The translations under genes and the position numbers were made by a program. A model generated the notes under the pieces. It saw only the letters and a program-made list of their open reading frames with translations. It had not been told where the DNA came from and did no database searches. Positions 39,478 to 48,628 of a DNA stretch of 64,000 nt are shown here, piece by piece. The stretch is from an uncultured Actinomycetes bacterium (GTDB taxonomy: Bacteria; Actinomycetota; Thermoleophilia; Solirubrobacterales; 70-9), in NCBI GenBank assembly GCA_963829735.1, contig CAWHJT010000001.1, positions 69,108 through 133,107 of the forward strand. Reading direction: 5' to 3'. Within the stretch, counting starts at the first letter, position 1; each line of letters opens with the position of its first letter.

Positions 39478-41909
39478 TCGTCGCCTCCCGCCGGTGAGAT
39501 CTCCACGATTTCGCCGACCAGGGTGCCGGCCAGGTCGCCGAGCCCCTCGATCAGGAAGCCCGAGCCGGGCCGCACCCGCTCGCGGACCGCGACCCGCGCC
39601 CGGACGCTCGTCCCGTTTGAGCGGACGTCGACCTCGTCGCCGCCCCCGATGCCCAGCCGCTCTGCGTCGTGGGGCGCGAGCTCGATCGTCTGCCTGGGCG
39701 CGAGGAAGCGCAGCGCGGGGCTGTGGTCGGTGACCTCGGCGGCCCAGAGGTCGCGGTAGCGCGCCGATTCGGAGCTTGCCGTCGCCCGTTCGGGTCGACC
39801 CCGGCACGTCGACGCGCGAGCGTTGCCGGTGGCTGCCCCGGCGGCCTGCGGAAGCTCGAGGCCGCATCGCGGTCCTGCCAGCGGACGCCGAGGCCGCCGA
39901 TCTCCTCCTCGGTGAGGCCCGCGTAGAAGGGGACATCCGCGGCGATCGCCTCCAGCGCCTCCTTGCACGGAGTCGATGCCGGTCTCCTCGCCGAGGAGGG
40001 CCGAGAGCTCGACCAGGACCTCCCAGGTCGGGCGGGCACGACCCGGGTTGGGAACGCCCTGCCGCACGCGCTGTACGCGGCCGTCGGGGTGGGTGACGGT
40101 GCCTGCCTTCTCGGCGTAGGACTCGGCCGGGAAGACGACGTCAGCGTGCTTCGTCGACGCGTCCTCGAACATCGAGATCGCGAGCACGAAGTCGGCCTTG
40201 GTCAGCGCCTCGGTCCAGGCCGGCCCGTCGGCGGCGTCGCGGACCGGGTCGGCGTTGACGAGGAAGGCCGCGTCGAGCCCGCCCTCGATCAGCGCGTCGC
40301 AGGCGTCGGCGGCATCGAGTCCGTCGTCCGTCTCCGAGAAGCCCGGGCCCGGCGACCGGCACGCAGCCCACCTCACGCAGGCCGCGCTCGTTCGCGCCGG
40401 CCGGGACCTCGAGCAGCTTCGCGTCGAGCGTCCCGCGCCAGGTCGACCAGCGCGCCATTCGCCTCACCGGCCCAGACGATGACCGTCGAGCCCGGTCGCA
40501 GGACGCCGGCGATGCGCTCGGCGTCGGCACCGAGCCTCAGCCGGGGCACGCTCGTAGCCCTCTGCGCCCGCCTCGGCGGCGAGAGGCGGCAGCGAAGCCG
40601 CGAAGGAGCCGGGCGCGTAACGGGCCGTCTCCTCGGCGCCGCCGTCGAGCGCCGTCGGCCGGTCAGTGGCGACGGCGAGGCGGGTGCCGTTGCGGCGCAC
40701 CACCTTGCGGATGCGCAGGTCGACGATCGGCATCGAGTGGAGGGGGTCGGTGCCCGAGCACGAGGATCGACTCGGCGCGGTCGAGGTCGGAGACGCTCGC
40801 GGCGAGGTCCGGGCGCGACAGCTGCAGCCAGCAGCCCGCGATCCGTCCCGGGTGCCGTAGCTCGAGATCACGTGGGGCGAGCCGAGCGCTCGGCGCATGA
40901 TCCGCTGCGCCAGGTAGCCCTCCTCGTTCGACGAGGACCCGCCGACGATCGCGGCGGCCCGCTCGCCTGCCTGGCGAAGGCCGTTCGCCGCGGCCTCCAG
41001 CGCCTCGTCCCAGCTCACCGGCTCGAGGGTTCCGCCGCGGCGGATCATCGGCTCGGTGATCCGGTCGTCGGACTCGATCGCCTGGTAGCCGAAGCGGCCC
41101 TTGTCGCAGAGCCACCCGTCGTCGACCTCGAAGTTGTCGCGCGCGAGGACGCGCTGGATCCGCTCGTCGCGGACGGTCAGCTTGATGTTGCACTGGCTCG
41201 GGCAGAGGGTGCAGACGGTGCCTGCGTCCTCGATGTCCCAGGGCCGGGCGCGGAAGCGGTAGGCGTCCGAGGTCAGGGCCCCCACCGGGCACAGCTCGAT
41301 GATGTTGCCGTGGAAGGGGGCGATGTAGGGGCGGTCGTCGAAGGTGCCGACGAAGCTCGAGGCGCCGCGCTCCAGGAGCTGCAGCTGCTCGTCCTCGGCG
41401 ACCTCCTGGCTGAAGCGCACGCAGCGGTAGCAGAGGATGCAGCGCTCGCGGTCGATCTTGATCAGCGGCGAGAGCGGGATCGGCTTCTGGAAGTGGCGCT
41501 TGGGGTCGATCGAGCGGCTCTTGCCGGGGCCCCATCCCATCGAGATGTCCTGCAGCGGGCACTCGCCGCCCTTGTCGCAGACCGGGCAGTCGAGCGGGTG
41601 GTTGACGAGCAGGAACTCGACCACCGCGTTCTGGGCCTCCTTGACCCGGTCGGTCTGCGTGTAGACGACCATGCCGTCGCGCACCGGCGTCGAGCAGGCC
41701 GTCTGGAGCTTCGGGATCCCCTCGACCTCCACCAGGCACATGCGGCAGGCGCCGACCGGGTGGCCGAGCTTGGGCTCGTAACAGAAGACCGGGATCTCGA
41801 CGTCGCCGTGCTTGGCCGCGTCGACGAGCATCTCGCCGGCGGTCGCCTGGACCTCGACGCCGTCGACGACGAGCGTGATCTGATCCCCGCTCACCGACCC
41901 ACCCCCCAA
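39474..41909 (-). CDS. nuoG: NADH-quinone oxidoreductase subunit G, heavily frameshifted in 3' half
   Basis: ORF 40464..41909 holds the Fe-S N-terminal half ([10 protein letters not shown]..., [24 protein letters not shown]). The C-terminal half has to be stitched from ORFs 40663..41739, 40141..40530, 39474..40376, 39551..40039 and the 39936 frame, with about eight frame changes. The likely true start is GTG 41894 ([12 protein letters not shown]). Confidence 0.8.
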
Positions 41910-41914
41910 GCTGG

Positions 41915-41958
41915 GATTGTCGGATTCATCGCGCTATAGCCCGACAAATCCGACAATC
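41915..41958. promoter_or_regulatory. perfect 12-bp inverted repeat in the nuoF-nuoG spacer (intercistronic stem-loop)
   Basis: GATTGTCGGATT (41915-41926) and AATCCGACAATC (41947-41958) with a 20-nt loop. Verified against the codons of ORF 41917..42141. Confidence 0.7.
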
Positions 41959-41962
41959 GTGG

Positions 41963-43292
41963 TCATGCGGTCGCCTCGAGCGGGACGGGCTTCACGTCGG
42001 TGGGGGACTCGTCCAGCGGGCGCGGGGCCGCGTCGCGCCCGGCCGCGATCGCCGCCTCGAACTCGTCGCGGAACTTGGCGACCATGCTGCCCACCGGCAT
42101 CGCCATCGAGTCGCCGAGCACGCAGAGGCAGTGGCCGATGATGTTGTCCTGCACCGACGAGATGACGTCGAGGTCCATCGGCGTCGCCTCGCCGGAGATC
42201 ACCCGCTCGAGCATCTTCACCGTCCAGTTGGTGCCCTCGCGGCACGGCGTGCACTTGCCGCAGGACTCGTGGTGGTAGAAGCGGGCGGTCCGCAGCGCCA
42301 GGTGGGGGATCGACACGGTGTCGTCGGCGACGATGATCGAGCCGGATCCGAGCATCGAGCCCGCATCGGCCATCGCCTCGAAGCTGTAGGGCAGGTCGAG
42401 CTCCTTCGGGGTCAGGACCGGCGCCGATGAGCCGCCGGGGAACCAGGCCTTCACCTCGCGGCCCTCGAACGGCCCGCCCGCAAGCCCGAAGATGATCTCG
42501 CGCGACGGGATACCCAGCTCGATCTCGTAGTTGCCGGGGCGCTGGACGCGGCCCGAGACCGAGACGACCTTGGTTCCGGGCGACTGCTCGGTGCCGAAGC
42601 TCTTGAACCAGTCGGCGCCGTTCTTGACGATGTGGGGGACGTTGGAGAGCGTCTCCACGTTGTTGATGAGCGTCGGCCCGCCGTAGAGGCCCTGGATCGC
42701 GGGGAACGGCGGCTTCAGCCGCGGGTTGCCGCGCTTGCCCTCGAGCGCATCGAGCAGCGCCGTCTCCTCGCCGCAGATGTAGGCGCCGGCGCCTCGGTGG
42801 ACGACGAGCTCCACCCGGTGGCCCGTGTCGAGGATGTTCTCCCCGACGTAGCCCGCCCGGTAGGCCTCCTCCACCGCGTTCTCGAGCACGTCGGCGGTCT
42901 CGCGCGTACTCGCCGCGGATGAAGATGAAGGCCCAGCCGGCGCCGGCCGCGGCCGCCGCGATGACGATTCCCTCGATGAGCTGGTGGGGGTTCTTCGACA
43001 TCAGCTCGCGGTCCTTGAACGCCCCGGGCTCGGACTCGTCCGCGTTGCAGCAGAGGAACTTGTCCATGTCCCCGCGCGGCAGGAACGAGGCCTTCTTCCC
43101 CATCGAGAACCCGGCGCCGCCGCGTCCGCGCAGGCCGGAGTCCTCGAGCGTGGTCAGGAGCTCGTCCGGCTCGATCTCCTTCAGCGCCCGCTCGAGCGCC
43201 CGGTAGCCGCCGAGGCTCCGGTAGGTCTCGAGCGAGGCGAGCCCGGGCTCGTCGATGTGGCGAAAGAGCATGCGGGTCTGAGTTGCGGCCAT
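41963..43292 (-). CDS. nuoF: NADH-quinone oxidoreductase subunit F, frameshifted
   Basis: The N-terminus is in ORF 41934..43292 (...[18 protein letters not shown]...FIFIRGEYA). It joins near ~42895 to ORF 41963..42889 (LENAVEEAY...[12 protein letters not shown]...). Confidence 0.85.
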
Positions 43293-43996
43293 CAGGACTC
43301 TCCCTGCTTCACGCGCGGATCCGGCTCGGGCTCGGGGCCACCCGCCGTCTCGCGGCCGAACAGCGCCTTGTCAGGCAGGGGATCGGCGCCGGCGCGCAGC
43401 TGGTCGATCACCGTCCGGGCGTCGTCCGGCGTGAGCGGGCCGTAGTAGCGCTCGTCGATCGACGCCATCGGCGCGATGTCGCAGGCGCCGAGGCATTCGA
43501 AGCCCTTGAGGTAGACCTCGCCGTCCTCGGAGCTGGCGCCGATGTGGTCGACCTCGTGTGCGTCGACGCCGGCGGCCTCGCAGAACGCGTCGAGGACGTC
43601 CTCCGAACCGCGGAGCCAGCACGCGAGGTTGTGGCAGACGAGGACATGGTGGCGTCCGACCGGGCTGGTCCGGAAGAGGTCGTAGAAGGTCGCGACCGAC
43701 TCCAGATACCCGGGGGTGACGCCCATGACGGCGGCCGCCTGGCGGATTCCCTCGGGGGTGCACCAGCCGTAGTGGCGCTGCACCGCCCACAGGGCGGGGA
43801 GCGAAGCGGAGCGGACCTCCGGGTACTTGGCCATCGCCGCCTCGATCCGCTCCTGGAGCTCCGCCGGCACGTCGACCTCGTGGAGCTCGGGCACCGGCTC
43901 GGCGTCCTCGGGGCGCATCGATGCGACAAGGCGCCGACGCTCCTCGGCCGACATGTCGTCGGTGGGGCGAATCTCGGGGACCCACCCGTCGCTCAT
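43292..43996 (-). CDS. nuoE: NADH-quinone oxidoreductase subunit E
   Basis: Last 234 aa of ORF 43292..44485, from [11 protein letters not shown]. 2Fe-2S Cys motifs are present ([11 protein letters not shown]...CLGACDIAP). Confidence 0.9.
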   Translation of the reverse strand: MSDGWVPEIRPTDDMSAEERRRLVASMRPEDAEPVPELHEVDVPAELQERIEAAMAKYPEVRSASLPALWAVQRHYGWCTPEGIRQAAAVMGVTPGYLESVATFYDLFRTSPVGRHHVLVCHNLACWLRGSEDVLDAFCEAAGVDAHEVDHIGASSEDGEVYLKGFECLGACDIAPMASIDERYYGPLTPDDARTVIDQLRAGADPLPDKALFGRETAGGPEPEPDPRVKQGES

Positions 43997-44050
43997 CGGA
44001 GCGCCTCCGGTGGGTCGAACAACGGCGCACTGAGGGGTAGGCAGCGGCGA

Positions 44051-44094
44051 TTCAGATCGAGTGTCGGATTGACCGGACATATATCCGGTGAAAC
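44051..44094 (-). repeat. copy of the ~45-bp palindrome-cored repeat, in the nuoD-nuoE spacer
   Basis: The minus strand reads GTTTCACCGGATATATGTCCGGTCAATCCGACACTCGATCTGAA. It is near-identical to plus-strand 2521-2563. Coordinates are anchored on the GTG of ORF 44088. Confidence 0.8.
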
Positions 44095-44157
44095 CACACG
44101 ACCTCGAGGCCGGGGCGGCTCCCCTCGGTGCCCGCCGTGTTCGGGTCGTCCGGGGCG

Positions 44158-45489
44158 TCATCGGTCGATCCCCCCGAGGATCGGGTCGAGCATCGCCAGG
44201 TTCTGGATCAGGTCGGCGATGTAGCCGCCTATGCACTGGTCGCGCAGGCACTGGAGGTTCACGAACGAGGGGTCGCGGATGTGGACCCGCGCGGGCTTGG
44301 CGGAGCCGTCGGCGACGACGAAGCAGCCGAGCTCGCCGCGCGGCGACTCGATCGCGAAGTAGGCCTCGCCGGGCGGCACGCGGAAGCCCTCGGTCACGAG
44401 CTTGAAGTGGTGGATCAGCGCCTCCATCGAGGTCGAGAGCTCGTCGCGGGGCGGGAGCACGACCTTGCGGTCGTCGGCGATCCACGGGCCCTCAGGCAGG
44501 CCGTCGATCGCCTGCTCGATGATCCGGACCGACTCGCGCATCTCCTGGACGCGCACCCGGTAGCGGTCGTAGCCGTCGCCGACCGTTCCGACCGGCACGC
44601 TGAAGTCGAAGTCCTCGTAGCACTCGTACGGCGTCACCTTGCGCAGGTCCCACGGCTCGCCGGCGGCCCGCAGCAGCGGCCCCGTCACCCCGAGGTCGAG
44701 CAGCCGCTCACGGGGCACGACGCCGACGTTCCTCGTGCGCTCGAGGAAGATCTCGTTGCGGTTGAGGATCGCCTCGTACTGGTCCAGGCGGGTGGGCATC
44801 TCGGCGCAGAACGCCTTCAGGTTGCGGGCGAAGCCGACCGGGATGTCCTCGAAGACGCCACCGACCTGGAAGTAGCGGGTGTGCATGCGCTGGCCGGTCG
44901 ACATCTCGAACAGGTCGAGCACCCGGTCGCGGTCGCGGAAGCAATAGAAGAACATCGACATCGCGCCGAGGTCGAGCGCCGACGTCCCGAGCCACACGAG
45001 GTGGGAGTGGATGCGGTTGAGCTCCATGTGGATCACCCGCAGGTAGCTCGCCCGCGGCGGGATCTCGAGCTCCAGCAGGCGCTCGACGCAGCCCACGAAC
45101 GCCTCCATGTTGAAGAAGTAGGAGAGGTAGTCCATCCGCTCCACGAACGGGATGACCTTCCAGTAGGACTTGTCCTCGCAGTTCTTCTCGATCCCGGTGT
45201 GGACGTAGCCCACGACCGGCTTGAGGTCCTTCACCACCTCGCCCTCGAGGCTGACCAGGAGCCGCAGCACGCCGTGGGTCGCCGGGTGGTGGGGCCCGAA
45301 GTTGATCGTGAGGAGCTCCTCTTCGGGCTCGAGTACGTCGCCGGCGGCCGTGCGCTCGACGGGCGAGGTGCCGATGACCTCCTCGCCGGTCTCGCCGAGG
45401 ATGTCGCCGCCGTGCGCCGGCGCGGAGTGGTGCGTGTGGGCGCTGCTCGAACCAGCCGCGCCCGTTCCAGACGGGCGCGGCTGGTTCAT
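44158..45489 (-). CDS. nuoD: NADH-quinone oxidoreductase subunit D
   Basis: Last 443 aa of ORF 44158..46083, from MNQPRPSG. LTINFGPHHPATHGVLRL... is intact. There is a ~50-aa N-terminal extension. Confidence 0.9.
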   Translation of the reverse strand: MNQPRPSGTGAAGSSSAHTHHSAPAHGGDILGETGEEVIGTSPVERTAAGDVLEPEEELLTINFGPHHPATHGVLRLLVSLEGEVVKDLKPVVGYVHTGIEKNCEDKSYWKVIPFVERMDYLSYFFNMEAFVGCVERLLELEIPPRASYLRVIHMELNRIHSHLVWLGTSALDLGAMSMFFYCFRDRDRVLDLFEMSTGQRMHTRYFQVGGVFEDIPVGFARNLKAFCAEMPTRLDQYEAILNRNEIFLERTRNVGVVPRERLLDLGVTGPLLRAAGEPWDLRKVTPYECYEDFDFSVPVGTVGDGYDRYRVRVQEMRESVRIIEQAIDGLPEGPWIADDRKVVLPPRDELSTSMEALIHHFKLVTEGFRVPPGEAYFAIESPRGELGCFVVADGSAKPARVHIRDPSFVNLQCLRDQCIGGYIADLIQNLAMLDPILGGIDR

Positions 45490-45509
45490 CACCCGTTCGC
45501 CCTCCGGAC

Positions 45510-46040
45510 TCACTCGTACCACCTCGGCATCTCGGGCTCGTTGCGGGTGAAGATCACCGGCTCGCCGCCGACCGGGAAGTCGCGGCGCTGGGGCCAGCCG
45601 ACGTACTCCTCCGGCATCAGGATGCGCCGCATGTCGGGATGGCCGCGGAAGAGGATGCCGAAGAAGTCGTACACCTCGCGCTCCTGGAACTCGGCGCCGG
45701 CGAACAGCTCCACGCAGCTTTCGAGCTCCGGGAGCTCGTCCCCACCCGGATCGTCGAGCGCAGCCCTCACTCGCAGGCGCTCGACCCGCGGCATGTTGAG
45801 CAGCTCGTAGACGACCCCGAACCGCGGCTCGGCGGGCAGGTAGTCGACGCCGTGGAGGCTCGAGAGGAAGCGGTACTCCTGCCCGGGCGTGTCGCGCAGC
45901 CAGCGGAGCACGTCCAGGATCCGCTCCGGGTTGACGATCAGGCAGCCCTGTCCGTGCTCGTGGTAGGTGCCGATGACCGATCCCTCGGCCGCCCCGTTCA
46001 GCTCCTGAGCGATCAGCTCGAGCCCCGGCGCGTCGGGCAT
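45510..46040 (-). CDS. nuoC: NADH-quinone oxidoreductase subunit C
   Basis: Intact 176 aa. ...FAGAEFQEREVYDFFGILFRGHPDMRRILMPE... Confidence 0.9.
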   Translation of the reverse strand: MPDAPGLELIAQELNGAAEGSVIGTYHEHGQGCLIVNPERILDVLRWLRDTPGQEYRFLSSLHGVDYLPAEPRFGVVYELLNMPRVERLRVRAALDDPGGDELPELESCVELFAGAEFQEREVYDFFGILFRGHPDMRRILMPEEYVGWPQRRDFPVGGEPVIFTRNEPEMPRWYE

Positions 46041-46634
46041 CAGGCCCGACCCCCGCGAGTGGCCACAGAGCGCCTCGCCTCATGGCTCGCGGCCAGCTCG
46101 CGCGCGGCGGCGTAGGCCTCGATCTCCTCCTGGGTCGCCTCTCCGGTCGCCTCGCGGGCCCACTCCTCGGTGCCGTATGCGTTGTAGCGGTGGCGCCAAC
46201 CCAGGTCGGGGTTGCCCACGATCATCCTCTGCAGCTTGGTGAACCCGTAGATGAGCGCCTCGGGTCGAGGCGGGCAGCCCGGCACGTGGACGTCGACCGG
46301 CATGAACTTGTCGGCGCCTTGGACGACCGCGTAGTTGGCGAACATGCCGCCGGACGACGAGCAGGCGCCCATCGAGATGACCCACTTGGGCTCGAGCATC
46401 TGGTCGTAGAGACGCCGGACGACGGGTGCCATCTTCACCGCCACCCTCCCCGAGAGGATCAGGAGGTCCGCCTGCCGCGGGCGAGGCGCGCAGGTTCTCG
46501 GCGCCGAACCGAGCGACGTCGTAGCGCGGGCCGACGATCGACATCATCTCGATCGCGCAGCAGGCGAGGCCGAATGTGGCGGGGAAGATCGAGTTGGCGC
46601 GCCCCCAGCCCATGGCCTTCTCCATCGTCGTCAT
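46040..46634 (-). CDS. nuoB: NADH-quinone oxidoreductase subunit B, frameshifted
   Basis: [31 protein letters not shown]... is in the ORF 46080..47012 frame. It joins near ~46490 to ORF 46040..46444 (...[11 protein letters not shown]...[11 protein letters not shown]...). The start could lie further upstream, and the C-terminus carries a ~45-aa extension. Confidence 0.8.
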
Positions 46635-46780
46635 CAGCAGGGACTCTTCGACGTGCTGCTCGAGGTCCGGGCCCTCCAGGTCGCCCCGCAGCAGATCGCG
46701 GGCACGGAGCTGGCGGACCCGCAGGTCGGTCGGCGCGGGTGGCTCCTCCAGCGGGGCGTGCGCTCGGAGCTTCTCGCGCT

Positions 46781-47140
46781 TTACCTCCAATTGAGCGCCC
46801 CCTTTCGCCACACGTAGATGAGCGCCACGAGCAGCAGGACGACGAAGACGATCACTTCCACCAGGACGAATACCGAGTGAGCCAGCTTCATGATCACGCC
46901 GACCGGATACAGGAACACGACCTCGATGTCGAAGAGGATGAAGAGCATCGCGATCATGTAGAAGCTGATCCCGAAGCGGAAGGTGCGCGAGACCTCGCTG
47001 GGGAGGCCGCACTCGTACGGATCGCTCTTCGCCTTGGTCGGCTTCCGCGGCCCGATGAGGCCGTTGACGGCGGCCAGCAGCCCGCCGACCAGCACTCCCA
47101 GGCCGGCGAATACGAGTACGGGGAGGTAGCTTCGAAGCAA
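46781..47140 (-). CDS. nuoA: NADH-quinone oxidoreductase subunit A
   Basis: Intact 119 aa. TTG start at 47140, preceded by GAGGGAG. Confidence 0.9.
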   Translation of the reverse strand: MLRSYLPVLVFAGLGVLVGGLLAAVNGLIGPRKPTKAKSDPYECGLPSEVSRTFRFGISFYMIAMLFILFDIEVVFLYPVGVIMKLAHSVFVLVEVIVFVVLLLVALIYVWRKGALNWR

Positions 47141-47180
47141 AGCTAGGACTCCCTCAATCCGGCGGCGAGCACAGGCGAGT

Positions 47181-47208
47181 TATATACCCACTTTGTGCCA
47201 ACTTGCTA
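47181..47208 (-). promoter_or_regulatory. candidate nuo promoter (-35 TAGCAA, 16-nt spacer, -10 TATATA)
   Basis: This is the only AT-rich hexamer pair with sensible spacing upstream of nuoA. The -10 lies ~40 nt before TTG 47140. Confidence 0.25.
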
Positions 47209-47730
47209 CATAGTGATTTTCCGCATCAACAAGCGGATTTCCGACGCTTTCAGGCGGATTTACGAAGCGCTCGCGACGCCGGCTTCGAGCGGGAGCCGGG
47301 CTTGACCGACGTCCACCTCGCGGTCGGCATCCTCGTGATCGCGAGCAACCTCGTCGCCGGCGCCTGGGGAGGAGTCGCGTGGCTGCGATCCGTGCCGACG
47401 GTTGGCTTCTGGTACGCGCTGCGAACGGCGCAGGCGGCGGTGGTCCTGCAGGTCGGCCTCGGCGCGGTCCTCCTGCTCTCCGGCCGCGAGGCGAGCTCCG
47501 GCCTCCACTACCTCTACGGGGTGCTCCCCCTGGGTATCTCGCTCCTCGCCGAGGCCGCGCGTGCGGGCGCCGCCGAGCGCGAGCTCGAGGGACTCGACTT
47601 CGAGTCGCTTCCGAAGAGCCGGCAGCGGTCGGTCGCCATGGCGATCGTCCGCCGCGAGACGGGGATCATGGCCGTCTCCGCGCTGGTGATCCTGGGCCTG
47701 GCGATCCGGGCAGCCACCACCGGCGGCTAG
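47203..47730 (+). CDS. hypothetical membrane protein
   Basis: ORF of 175 aa. GC3 becomes coding-like only from ~47275, so the real start is probably TTG near 47300 (LTDVHLAVGILVIASN...). It has three to four TM segments. Confidence 0.5.
   Translation: MLHSDFPHQQADFRRFQADLRSARDAGFEREPGLTDVHLAVGILVIASNLVAGAWGGVAWLRSVPTVGFWYALRTAQAAVVLQVGLGAVLLLSGREASSGLHYLYGVLPLGISLLAEAARAGAAERELEGLDFESLPKSRQRSVAMAIVRRETGIMAVSALVILGLAIRAATTGG
47213..47265. promoter_or_regulatory. three phased direct repeats G(C/T)GGATTT(C/A)CGA upstream of the nuo promoter
   Basis: GCGGATTTCCGA is at 47233-47244 and GCGGATTTACGA at 47254-47265, exactly 21 bp apart. A degenerate copy, GTGATTTTCCG, lies at 47213-47223. The region has poor GC3, so it is non-coding. 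Confidence 0.5.
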
Positions 47731-47734
47731 GCGG

Positions 47735-48211
47735 CTAGCCCAGAGGGCGGTAGTCGCCGTCGAGGAACAGCAGCGGCTCCCCTCCACCTGCCTCCAGATG
47801 CGTCACGAGTCCGGTGACGATCACATGGTCGCCGCCCTCGTGCACCTCTGCGAGCTCGCACGCGAGCCAGATCGCCGCGCCCTCGATCATCGGAGCGCCG
47901 GCCCGCTCCGACCATCCGATCCCGTCCCACTTCTCGGGGTGCGGGTCCTTGGTGCTGAACCTCCGGGCGACATCGGCTTGATCGCCCCCCAGAACGTTGA
48001 TGCCGAAGCTCCGGGCGTGCTCGACGGCGATCAGGGTGCGCGATCCGAGGTCGAGGCAGGCGAGCATCATCGGCGGCTCGAGGGAGAGCGAGACCACTGC
48101 GTTGGCCGTCGCGCCGGCCGGGCCGGAGGGCCCGATCGCGGTGACCACGGTGACGCCGGTCGGGAAACGCGCCATCGCGTCCCGAAGCACTTCAGGGCGC
48201 ACACGAGTCAT
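47735..48211 (-). CDS. flavin reductase-like (FMN-binding split barrel) protein
   Basis: 158 aa. FPTGVTVVTA...ANAVVSLSLEPPMMLACL... Confidence 0.85.
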   Translation of the reverse strand: MTRVRPEVLRDAMARFPTGVTVVTAIGPSGPAGATANAVVSLSLEPPMMLACLDLGSRTLIAVEHARSFGINVLGGDQADVARRFSTKDPHPEKWDGIGWSERAGAPMIEGAAIWLACELAEVHEGGDHVIVTGLVTHLEAGGGEPLLFLDGDYRPLG

Positions 48212-48255
48212 GTGGTAGTGACCGGCTCCACGGGGAAAAGTATGATGCCGCCCGC

Positions 48256-48615
48256 GTGAGGCCCCTTGTGATCACAGCAGCGGTGGCGGCGGCCATCGGG
48301 CTCAGCGCCTGCGGCGGCAGCGAGGGGATCTCCGTGCCAAAGGACAGCGCTGAGTATCGCGGCGCGGTGCTCTTCTCGCAGCGCTGCGCCGGCTGCCACA
48401 CGCTGAGTCCGGCGGGGACCCAGGGCTCCGCGAACCGAAACGTCCGCGTTCAGGGCCCGAATCTGGACCAGCGCACGGAGAAGCTGAGCGACGTGCTCTT
48501 CGCGATCCGCAACGGGGGCTTCTCCGGCGGGATCATGCCCGCCAACATCGTGACCGGCCGCGAGGCGAACCAGGTCGCGGACTTCGTCTCCAAGTACGCG
48601 GGCCAGGCCAAGTAG
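48256..48615 (+). CDS. lipoprotein class-I cytochrome c
   Basis: 119 aa. Lipobox AIGLSAC, heme motif CAGCH, and a distal Met in GGIMPAN. Confidence 0.85.
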   Translation: MRPLVITAAVAAAIGLSACGGSEGISVPKDSAEYRGAVLFSQRCAGCHTLSPAGTQGSANRNVRVQGPNLDQRTEKLSDVLFAIRNGGFSGGIMPANIVTGREANQVADFVSKYAGQAK

Positions 48616-48628
48616 CCCGAGCACGGCG

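Noticed and set aside
47141-47270. A Rex (redox repressor) operator controlling the nuo promoter.
   Set aside because: No TTGTGAA-N4-TTCACAA-like palindrome is present. The repeats found are direct rather than inverted.
47203-47300. The annotated ORF start at TTG 47203 for the membrane protein.
   Set aside because: The first ~25 codons have A/T-rich third positions and coincide with the direct-repeat block. Coding signal starts around 47275-47300.
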